The position numbers were made by a program, and so were the translations under genes. Source: Candidatus Saccharimonadota bacterium (GTDB lineage Bacteria > Patescibacteriota > Gracilibacteria > Absconditabacterales > Absconditicoccaceae). From it: 32,000 nucleotides of DNA. The stretch lies in the NCBI GenBank assembly GCA_030429145.1, contig JAUIDC010000001.1:1-32000 (forward strand). The letters are read 5' to 3'. Below are positions 20,036 through 28,604 of this stretch, in pieces. Below the pieces are notes generated by a model. It made no database searches and was not told the origin of the DNA. It worked only from the letters and a program-made list of their open reading frames with translations. The first letter of the stretch is position 1, and each line of letters opens with the position of its first letter.

Positions 20036-22876
20036 TTATACTTGTGACCAGACTACTCTCTTTTCGCCTTTGATATCTTTGAATTCGACTGCTTTGACAC
20101 GTATCTTATCCCCGATATTGTAGATGTCTTTTCGGTTGATACCTTCTGGGGCTTTGACAAAGTTCTTATGTAAGAGACCTTCGACTCACTTCACTGTGAC
20201 GAAGAGACCATAGTTGTATTTAAGTTTCACGAAGCCATCATATCGGTCGCCTAGTTTGATATCATTGACGGTAAAGTTTGACTTTGGCATAATAGGCACT
20301 CCAAGTTCATTGACTTTGACGCTTGGGTCAAATCATGATGCAGATTGGTCAGATGACTGTTGTTGTGGCTGCGTCTGAGTGGGGCTGGCAGCAGGATTTT
20401 GAGCTGTAGACTCCTCTATCTCTTTCTCTGTCGCCTTTTTCTCTTTTTCAGAAAGACGAGTTTGATTGACAACTTCAGCTTTCTTCTCTGTTTCTTTAAT
20501 ATGATTTTGCTGAGAATGTGCAGGCTTGGCAGATTGCTGCTCAACTGGACCACCTTCGTTTGCGGCTGCTTCCATAGCTTTCTGCATGGCTTTTTCTACT
20601 GGTGAAAATGTTTTATTTGACCAGATCTTGATGAGTTCTTCAAGCTTTGAACGTTCCATCGCATAACGCTGACGCGACTGTGTACGTATCTTGTCTTTTA
20701 TCTCCTGTGATTGTTCAGGTTGAGACAATGGGAGCGTCGACATAGAAAACACATCCGACATGATTCCATCAACCATAAGCCTAATATAGGCACGGAACTT
20801 TGGTATAGAGATCAAATCATTCGCTGTAAGCAAGCCCTTGAATTGCTGTGCAATTTCTACTGCATCGTCAAAACCGACGTTAAATGAGATCATCGAACCA
20901 ACATTACCAAAGATCGCATCGCGGATCGTTTCTGAGAGCTGCGAAGTATACTGATTAGCAACGATAAGCGCCAAACGATACTTACGCGCTTCTGAAAGAA
21001 TTACAGCAAATGAGTCTGTCGCAAAGTTCTGGAACTCGTCAATATGCAGATAGAACGGACGTCTTTCTTTCTCTGGGATATTTGCACGCGACATCGCATC
21101 GATCTGGAGCTTCGTCACAATAAATGAACCAATCATCTCCGTATTGTCTTCACCAATCTTACCCTTTGAAAGATTGATAAGGAGGATCTTTCCTTCATCC
21201 ATTACCTTTCTCATATTGAGCTTCGACATCGGCTGTCCAAAGATATTTCTTACTACTGCAGATGAGAGGAACTGACCGACCTTATTGGTAATCGGAGCAA
21301 TCGCCTCATTTCTCTGATTGTCACTCCACTTATCAAACTCTGTACGCCAAAATTTCATAACGATAGGGTCTTGCACATGTTCCAACACCTCTTCACGGAA
21401 GTTCTTGTCGGTCAACACACGCATGATATGCATCATCGTCGCATTTGGATACTCTACAACAGAGAGCATCACATTACGAAGTACATACTCAAGTCTTGGA
21501 CCCCAGCTGTTACCAAAGAGCTTCTTAAATGTAGCAACCACACCAGAAACGATAATATTCTTTTCTTCTTCATTGCTATACTGCAACAGATTGAATCCGA
21601 TAGGATTTTGCGTATCTGCTACGTCAAAAAGGATCACGTCATTGGTACGCCACGATGGAATATGTTCCATAACCGTATCGACAAGGTCACCATGTGGATC
21701 AATCAGACAAAGTCCCTTGTTGGTATACATATGAGACTTGATCATATTCGAAAGAAAGGTTGATTTACCTGTACCCGTCTTACCCACAATATACAGATGT
21801 CTGAATGAGTCCTCATCTTTGATACCAAAACGAATCTCCTGCCCACGGTAGTCTGTCTTTCCAAGGAGTGTTAACGCATTTCTTTCTGTATTCTCTGGCG
21901 TAGGCAAAAGCGAAGGAAATGGAAGCTTTCTATAAATGGAATAGTCGAGCTGCTTGATAAAATAATCATTGGTTGGGATATGGAAAAAGTTTACCAGTTG
22001 TGGTAGTATTAATTTTGATGATTTTGCATCGGGAGAGATAGAAGCCTCTCCTTTCTGGACAAATTTATTGAACAGCGACTTCATCGCCATCTTTACACCT
22101 TGCTGCTTTGCTGGTTCAGCATAACTCATCCCGAAACCAACTGACAGTCCAAACTTCATAGTCTCATCCTCCTCTTCTTTCTTGTCGTCACCTTCCTTCT
22201 TTTCATCTTTTTTAAACGCAAAACTCAATATCTTTTTTAACATCTCGACATATTTCTTTCGAGGATCTTCTTTCTTTTTAAAGGTATACTTAAACTCTAT
22301 CGTTACATTGTTCATAGGATCTACTGTCTCGTAGACCGAGAAGAGATCTTTCAGTGGGTCAAGGTAGTCACCGTCTTTCGTGAAATCTTTGTCGGTCGCA
22401 AGGACATCCTTGTCGCCATAGGCGATATAATTTGTAACAGGCGCCTGAGGGATAGAGTCCACTAGTACAAGCTCTGATGTTGGATAACTCGAGTAGAAGA
22501 CGTTTTCAAAGTAGAATTGAAGACCCACAGGAATCTTTGCATACAGACCTAGTGCATAGTTATTTCCAGCAATATAGAAACTGATTGGATCGGTAATATC
22601 AGAAAATGATTTCAAGAACCCCTGCATATACCCAGTTCCCAGATCATTGTCTTTAAATGATCTGATGCGATAGTAGAGAAATTTTGCATCTGTAGGAATA
22701 GCTGCAGGCTGCTGCATAGGTGCGACCTGCTGGGCTTGGGGTTGCTCAGAATGGGCAGACGGCTGCGCCTGCGGCGCAACTGTAGCCGTCTTCATCTTCG
22801 CAGAAACAGACTGTCCTTTCGGCTGGACAATCTGCTTACCCAATGACTCCGCTAAATCTAGTATCTTATCAAGCAT
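20036..22876 (-). CDS. FtsK/HerA-superfamily ATPase (VirD4/TraD coupling-protein-like) with a C-terminal S1/OB-fold domain (946 aa with UGA decoded)
   Basis: Walker A RHLYIVGKTGTGKSTF with LIDPHGDL downstream, and Walker B FYLHIDEFQNFAT with LALIVANQYTSQL. The N-terminal domain of about 330 aa is unassigned, and Q/P-rich linkers occur at both ends. The 847-aa ORF ends at TGA 20333-35. The same frame continues (SAS-G-FDPSVKVNELGVPIMPKSNF...) into an S1 motif (YGLFVTVK-G-VEGLLHKNF...GDKIRVKAVEF) to TAA at 20036-38. Confidence 0.75.
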
Positions 22877-23084
22877 TTCTCTAGGTGAAAAAGTCTTTTT
22901 TGCTATGTATTTAGTATAGTGAAAAAGCGAAAAAATGCAAAAAAATAGAGGTAAAATATCGGCTTTTTTGAGCCACTATTCTATCATTTTTTTAGGAAGA
23001 CGCAAGTATTTTCATCTTTTTCTTCTTTACAGATGATACCCGATTGAGTAGAGTAAAGAGAGGTTTTACCTACTCTATGCGAAG

Positions 23085-23966
23085 ATGATGAAAAAGCACT
23101 TATGATATAGTTTATTGGTTATTTGTGCTACATGAGCACTCATGGGAAGCGCTTTTTGATCAAATTATGATGCTCTTGCTGAAGATCTTGCTAACCATAT
23201 TCTAGAACAAATCGTCAACGATACACCACCTGCCATCGAGACAGGAAATAATATAGATACTGAGACAGAAAACAGTGAAGACCCTGCAACTATCAAGCCA
23301 GTCGATGCAGAGCTCACTCATCATTTTGCGAGGAAAGAGAATCGTTTTCTCCTGACCGTCTGAGCACTCAATGATAGGCTCAATGGTGGTGTTCTTGCAA
23401 AAGATACACAAGATGCTGTAAACTATCTCTACGATCAAAATCTTACGAGATATAGTACTGTCACGACATTTCAAGCAGATAAATCTCTCAGGAGAGACGA
23501 AGCTGCAAAATTTTTCTCAATGTTCACCAAGCAGGTCATTAAGTCTCCTGAAGACTCGACGAAAGAGTGTTCATTTGCTGATGCAGAAGCATGACATAGC
23601 GACCTGCAAGGAGATATTGTCTCTGCTTGTAGACTTGGGATTTTTAAAGGAAGCAATGGGAAGTTCTATCCGACTAATACGCTTACCAACGGTGAAGCTC
23701 TCACTGTACTCATGAGAATCATCTATGGTCCTATGAGCGAGACCGATCCTGAACACCGAGCAAAAAACTATCGAGAGAAAGCACAATCATACGGACTAAC
23801 GCAAGGAACACTTATCGATAGTAGCGCCTACCTCGACCAACCTATAACCAGAGGTGATGTCGCTCGTCTTCTTGAAGCTGCACGCTTTATTCCTCTTGTA
23901 AAAAAAGAGCTGGGAGGCGACATCGTCTACTCTCTCAGCACTCAAGGGTATACATTGAAACAATAA
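23085..23966 (+). CDS. Secreted SLH (S-layer homology)-repeat protein (293 aa)
   Basis: I rebuilt the frame by hand with five in-frame TGAs (23103, 23133, 23157, 23361, 23592). Signal peptide MMKKHLGYSLLVICATGALMGSAFG. SLH-like repeats: FQADKSLRRDEAAKFFSMF; SFADAEAGHSDLQGDIVSACRLGIFKGSNGKFYPTNTLTNGEALTVLMRI; LDQPITRGDVARLL. Confidence 0.7.
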
Positions 23967-23975
23967 CTATTTTCT

Positions 23976-24569
23976 TTAGAAAGAATTCGAATTTGGAGAG
24001 TACTCATAGACCCACCAAGCATATGGGAAGTTTCCTCCACCACCACAGTATTGCCTATATTCATTGCCAAAATAAGTATATAATTTCAGCTCACATCTGT
24101 CTGGGTCTTTAGGATTTTCTAGATGGGCCGTCAGATCAAAATCTACCACTCCACCACTTGTCCCATCAAATACATTACCGTATCTATAATTATAGTTACC
24201 GGTCACAATAGGGTGTATAACTGTGGATGCTGGATCTAACGTGTTAATAGGATCTATGGGCAATGAGGTAAGTATCGTCGAAAGCCCGCTTATCCGAGGT
24301 TGTCACTGATGACTATAGGAACTACATCATGCATTATATGCACAGCTTCAGCTAGCAGCATTCCCTGGACGTAAATAGACACCATTATCAAGCTTATAAA
24401 GCTCCATAGCATTATAGATTGTTTTCATGTCAGTCTTTCTTTTGGTGTCCCTCGCTCTTCCTTGCACATCTCTGAGCCTTGGGACAAGAGCTGCCGCCAA
24501 AATACCGATAATCACAATGACTATCAGCATTTCAATCAGGGTAAATGACTTTTTATTTCAAGGTCACAT
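23976..24569 (-). CDS. Type IV pilin / GspG-like pseudopilin, paralogue C (197 aa)
   Basis: ATG at 24567-69, then M-G-P-G-NKKS-FTLIEMLIVIVIIGILAAALVPRLRDVQGRARDTKRKTDMKTIYNAMELYKLDNGVY. There are five in-frame TGAs in total, three of them internal at 24348, 24327 and 24303. The C-terminus has LTSLPIDPIN and LTAHLENPKDPDRCE. TAA stop at 23976-78. Confidence 0.88.
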
Positions 24570-24610
24570 CGTCTATGATATAGTGAACTCTTGATAGTAT
24601 GCAATGTTTT

Positions 24611-25756
24611 TTACATTTTTCTGAGAAACATAGCATCGCCAAATGAAAAGAACCTATAAAGGTTTTTTATTGCGTGCTTGTATATTTTCACCATGTGATC
24701 ATAACCAATAAATGATGCAACAAGCATGAGAAGTGTTGATCAAGGCAGGTGAAAATTGGTAATAAGTCCGTCTACCACTTTTCGCTCAAATCATGGATAG
24801 ATAAATATCTTTGTCTCACAGACAATCTTTTTTCATTCTTGTTTCCACGAAAGGATAGAGATTTTACACTGATCCATAGTGATGTCTTTAGTCAGTGTAT
24901 CCCGATAGTCATTACCAGATTTGCCCATGATTTTTCGTAGGTATGCTAGTGTTTCGATAGTTCTCGCAACGGTCGTTCAGGTTGCGATAATGTTTTTCTT
25001 TTGTTTTTTTTCAAATGCAATAGTCTCGAAAATAGCTTCATCTAGCACCATCGTCTCCTCATGTATTTTATAGTCACGGATATCCTCTGTATCAACAGGT
25101 TTAAATGTTCCTAGCCCCACATGCAAAGTCAGATAGTGAGATCTAATTTTTTTACTTTCAAGCTCATTGATGACCTCATCGGTAAAATGAAGTGATGCTG
25201 TTGGCGCAGCTACCGAACCAATATGCTGAGCAAAAATAGTCTGATAGCACTCCTCTTTTTCAGGTGTATGCGAGATATATGGAGGCAGTGGCAGATGCCC
25301 ATATCTGTCAAAAAATGTGAGCGGATTGACGCCATCGATGCGGAAGATCACTCACTTCTCCGTAAGCTCCTCAACTGTCAGTTTTACCGCCTTAGAAAAA
25401 TGGATAATAGCACCTTTTCTGATCCTTTTCGTCAAAGTCACCAGTCACTCAAACCTATGCGAATCAACAAGCCTGAGAAAGAAAACCTCTCAGGTGTCTA
25501 CTGTCCTGCTGGCTGATTGATGATGCGGTATTTCTACAAAAACATCTTCCAGCAAGACACGAGCTCTGACTACTTTTGTATCGTTGAAAAATAAGACATC
25601 TTTCTTGGTCAAAAGCTTTGGAAGATCGCGAAAATGGTAGTCATAAATACTGTTTCATGACGGAACCAGGAGCTTCGAGCTATCTGCTGGCACTGCAGGT
25701 GTCTGAGCAATATAGCCACTCCCCAATTCATACTGGTAGTCAGAGAGCTTATACAT
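24611..25756 (-). CDS. queA: S-adenosylmethionine:tRNA ribosyltransferase-isomerase
   Basis: [20 protein letters not shown]..., [61 protein letters not shown] and [12 protein letters not shown]. There are seven in-frame TGAs. TAA stop at 24611-13. Confidence 0.92.
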
Positions 25757-25791
25757 ACTATGATAATACGGAATTATTGACAAATTGGAAG

Positions 25792-25821
25792 AAAAAACCC
25801 TTCTCATGTTTCCATGAGAAG
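25792..25821 (-). terminator. Rho-independent terminator after the 25851..26327 gene
   Basis: Perfect 9-bp stem CTTCTCATG / CATGAGAAG (25800-08 / 25813-21) with a 4-nt loop. On the minus strand it is followed by GGTTTTTTC. Confidence 0.8.
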
Positions 25822-25850
25822 AGTCTACTATTATTCTTATATTTATTGAT

Positions 25851-26327
25851 CTACTCTACAACCGTCTTGCACTTTCTCACGATCAGATCATGAATACGCT
25901 TAAAATCAATGACTTTCATACGAAGCTGAGAACCATTGACAAATTCGGTCGCTTGAAATAAGAAAATAGCCTTAATTTTCTGCATGATTTTCTGAACCAT
26001 GACCGTCCCAGTCGCGATAGCCTTTGCTTTCTCTCCAAGAGCACGCTGACCTCTCTTCGAGAAGAAAAAGTCCATGTTTTTTACGTTGTTGTTAGTCTTT
26101 TCGAGCTTTGCAAGCAAGAGTTTCACCTGCCTTGTTTGCTGGTTATCGAGCAACATCAAATATTTCTTAAAGAGTGTGAAGTTCGATTTGAGATTCTCAA
26201 GCTTATAACTATTGAGATGCTTCAAAAAGTACTCGCATTCACTCTTGAGAAATCCTGCGATATCGAGACGTCTTATCTTTTCATTGAGCTCGTCTCTTAG
26301 TTCTTTTGCTTGCTGTAGTTCAGTCAT
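25851..26327 (-). CDS. Hypothetical helical/coiled-coil protein (158 aa)
   Basis: Intact ORF with a TAG stop. It is Lys/Leu-rich with heptad-like sequence (ELRDELNEKIRRLDI..., QVKLLLAKLEKTNNNVKN). It starts 17 nt downstream of ftsE. I recognised no family. Confidence 0.5.
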   Translation of the reverse strand: MTELQQAKELRDELNEKIRRLDIAGFLKSECEYFLKHLNSYKLENLKSNFTLFKKYLMLLDNQQTRQVKLLLAKLEKTNNNVKNMDFFFSKRGQRALGEKAKAIATGTVMVQKIMQKIKAIFLFQATEFVNGSQLRMKVIDFKRIHDLIVRKCKTVVE

Positions 26328-26344
26328 CAGTTTTGTTTCTGTTA

Positions 26345-26992
26345 CTAGATGCTAAAAAGACGAACATTATGTTTTTGCTGTACATACTCTACCAGTTGCT
26401 GGCTATGAGTAATAAACAGGATAGTGTTTCATGCTTTATGTGCTTCTATGAGCAGATCAGCAATCATCGTTGCCGCTCCCCGATCAAGATTACCAGTCGG
26501 CTCATCAGCGATAATAAACTCTGGCTCTGTAATCAATGCGCGAGCAATAGCGACCTTCTGTTTCTCTCCACCACTCAATGCATCAGCTTTTACATGTTTC
26601 TTGTGTAACATCCCAACTTGGGTCAATACCTTATCGAGCTTTGCTTCAGCAGCCTCATCATCCATGCGACTCATATGAAGTGGATAGAGCACGTTTTCCT
26701 CTACCGTCTTGTCAGCTATCAACTTATAGTCCTGAAAGATCACTCCGACCTTTCTTCTATACTGCTGCACCTCTTGGTCACTCAGTCTTGCCAAGTCCTC
26801 ATCCTTATAGAAGACTGTTTTTAATGGCGGTACGATCTGTCTCATCAAGATCTTAATAAGCGTTGTCTTTCCTGTTCCCGATGGTCACATCAAAAAACAG
26901 AAATCGCCCTTTTCCAGTTCAAAGTGGAGATCTCTAAAGAGCTGCTCCCCTGATGCATATCATCGATTGAGTCCTGCAACATTGATTAACAT
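26345..26992 (-). CDS. ftsE: Cell-division ABC transporter ATP-binding protein FtsE (215 aa)
   Basis: MLINVAGLNR-G-YASGEQLF...GDFCFLM-G-PSGTGKTTLIKIL (Walker A; TGA 26885-87 supplies its first Gly). Q-loop, ABC signature LSGGEKQKVAIARAL and Walker B FIIADEPTGNLD are present. TGA 26429-31 continues ...HKA-G-NTILFITHSQQLV to TAG at 26345-47. Confidence 0.92.
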
Positions 26993-27128
26993 GTAGCCTT
27001 CTTTTTTCAGTAATAAATACTAACACCTCTAGTATATACCCAAAAAACAAAAATAACAAAAAACTTTCCCCGCATCTCACCTCATCTCCAACGTCCAACC
27101 CCAATTATCACGAATAATGATATAAATA

Positions 27129-27156
27129 TTGACTTAATGTGTCATAAAGATATGAT
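27129..27156 (+). promoter_or_regulatory. Candidate sigma70-type promoter for the TrpF-like gene
   Basis: TTGACT (27129-34), a 16-nt spacer, then TATGAT (27151-56), 25 nt upstream of ATG 27181. Pattern match only. Confidence 0.4.
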
Positions 27157-27180
27157 ATCGGAGAACAAAAATGAGAAATT

Positions 27181-27939
27181 ATGAAGAATCGCATACGTTA
27201 TATCACACTTAGCGGAGTGGATGATACTACACCTATTGATGGATTGCTTCAACTCGCAGACAAGCATCCTAATATAGAACTGGGTATCTTACTATCTCCC
27301 TTCTGCATGGGTACCAAACGATATCCTAGCAAGCAGTACATTGAAAAGCTGTGTCAGCACTCTCATCGACTCCCCCTTTCTGCACACATATGTAGGGAGT
27401 GGATGAAGAAACTATTTGCCAAAGATGTCGAAGTTTATGACTTCCTGAAAACGGTCTGGCCACACTTCAAACGGATACAGTTCAACTACTATAACTTCTT
27501 TAGTAACCATGACATTTATCCGAAGGGCGTCGCAGCCAAGGCAAAAGCACTCTTAGAGGTCTGCCAGCAACCCTGCTTTGAGGGAAAAGAGTTAATTTTT
27601 CCCTATAGTGAGCACTCCAAAGAGTTTATCGAGGATTATTTACTGCCAGTAACTGACGACTATCGTCCCACCATCTTCTTTGATGGCTCCCATGGACAAG
27701 GCAGAGCGCCTGACTCATGGCACCCTCCTTTCCCTGGCCTGCACCATGGCTATGCAGGAGGCCTCGGTCCTGATAATATCGAAAGACACATGGATATTAT
27801 CATGCCGATGATCCCACCAGATGCACAAGTATCATTTGATGCAGAGACGAATCTGATGTCTCCCGTCGATGGACACTTTGACATCCTCAGAGGCGACTCC
27901 TTCGCCACCAAAATAAATGAGTGGGTAGCGAAGAACTAA
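27181..27939 (+). CDS. Phosphoribosylanthranilate isomerase (TrpF)-like TIM-barrel protein (252 aa)
   Basis: The C-terminal half parallels TrpF: FFDGSHGQGRAPDSW...HHGYAGGLGPDNIERH...SFDAETNLMSPVDGHFD (compare LD.G.GG.G..FDW...LAGGL..eNV...D..S..E..pG.KD). There is no in-frame TGA. The assignment is by motif only. Confidence 0.45.
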   Translation: MKNRIRYITLSGVDDTTPIDGLLQLADKHPNIELGILLSPFCMGTKRYPSKQYIEKLCQHSHRLPLSAHICREWMKKLFAKDVEVYDFLKTVWPHFKRIQFNYYNFFSNHDIYPKGVAAKAKALLEVCQQPCFEGKELIFPYSEHSKEFIEDYLLPVTDDYRPTIFFDGSHGQGRAPDSWHPPFPGLHHGYAGGLGPDNIERHMDIIMPMIPPDAQVSFDAETNLMSPVDGHFDILRGDSFATKINEWVAKN

Positions 27940-27943
27940 TAAG

Positions 27944-28261
27944 CTAATAATTACGAAAAAAGAGGCGGCATGTCCGTCTCTTTTCACATAGAGATTATAT
28001 ATTTTTATAGATGTCTCATCTACTGTCTGCATCAATCATAATGATGACGCACTCATTTTCTATCACTGCATAAAGAAATCTATATTTACCGATTCTGAGA
28101 CGATACTGATCTACACTACCCTTTAAGGCTTTGATATCTAACTGTTCACTTCGAGGATTAGTCGACAAGATGTCTGCTTTTTGCCAAAACCTTCTTCTTA
28201 GTTCTGAATGGTCTTCCAAGAACTTTGCCACTTTTTTTGTGACGTGTATCTGATAATTCAT
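27944..28261 (-). CDS. RelE/ParE-family type II toxin
   Basis: MNYQIHVTKKVAKFLE...LKGSVDQYRLRIGKYRFLYAVIENECVIIMIDADSR-G-DIYK. The RelE/ParE signature is YRLRIG.YR..Y ... R.(D/E)(I/V)Y. TGA 28016-18 supplies the Gly. The frame then runs about 20 more codons to TAG at 27944-46. Confidence 0.75.
27956..27984. terminator. Hairpin between the convergent TrpF-like and toxin genes
   Basis: 8-bp stem 27961-68 / 27974-81 (one G-U pair), with A5 upstream and T3-4 downstream. It lies inside the UGA-extended tail of the toxin ORF. Confidence 0.4.
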
Positions 28262-28565
28262 CTTTATATTTTTGTTTTAACTCTTCTAAAGAGAGAAAAT
28301 TTTCTTTTTTTCCTGCTTTCCGGTCCTTTATCATATTCTCCATCTCTTTTTTTTCTTCAGGAGAAATAGTCTCGACTTGCATTTCATGCTGTCTAATAGG
28401 CGTAATCTCCAAAACTGGGTTCGAGTGAACCATGACGATATACTTAATGTTTTCTTTGTTAGCCTTTTTCCAAAGACTACTCATACTTTTTCTACACTCT
28501 TGCAATGAAATGAACTCAGTCCTCATTGAGATATATCTACCATGTAAATCATCTATTTTGTACAT
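28158..28565 (-). CDS. Phd/YefM-like antitoxin (about 122-135 aa)
   Basis: It lies immediately upstream of the toxin. The N-terminal beta-alpha part (LQECRKSMSSLWKKANKENIKYIVMVHSNPVLEITPI) is Phd/YefM-like. The ORF only stops at TAA 28158-60, which is 104 nt inside the toxin gene in another frame. An alternative start lies at 28526. Confidence 0.55.
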   Translation of the reverse strand: MYKIDDLHGRYISMRTEFISLQECRKSMSSLWKKANKENIKYIVMVHSNPVLEITPIRQHEMQVETISPEEKKEMENMIKDRKAGKKENFLSLEELKQKYKDELSDTRHKKSGKVLGRPFRTKKKVLAKSRHLVD

Positions 28566-28604
28566 AAATCTGTACAGATTTTCAAGATGAATTTACAGAT
28601 TACT

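Noticed and set aside
20036-20290. The S1-domain ORF as an independent 84-aa gene starting at ATG 20288-90.
   Set aside because: It is in the same frame as the upstream ATPase, and the only intervening stop is TGA. Under table 25 it must be translated as a fusion. Internal initiation remains possible and is noted in the finding.
23046-23075. A hairpin (GAGTAGAGTAAA / TTTACCTACTC with a GAGAGG loop) in the 5' leader of the SLH gene, considered as a possible riboswitch or regulatory element.
   Set aside because: It is a single short stem with a bulge, with no recognisable riboswitch core. It is compatible with chance in AT-rich DNA and not supportable without comparative data.
18261-23966. An integrative conjugative element or prophage remnant, suggested by the ParB-like gene plus the coupling-protein-like ATPase.
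   Set aside because: I could see no integrase, relaxase, transposase, VirB4-like gene, capsid or terminase genes, flanking direct repeats or tRNA target. The idea is kept only as an alternative within the module finding.
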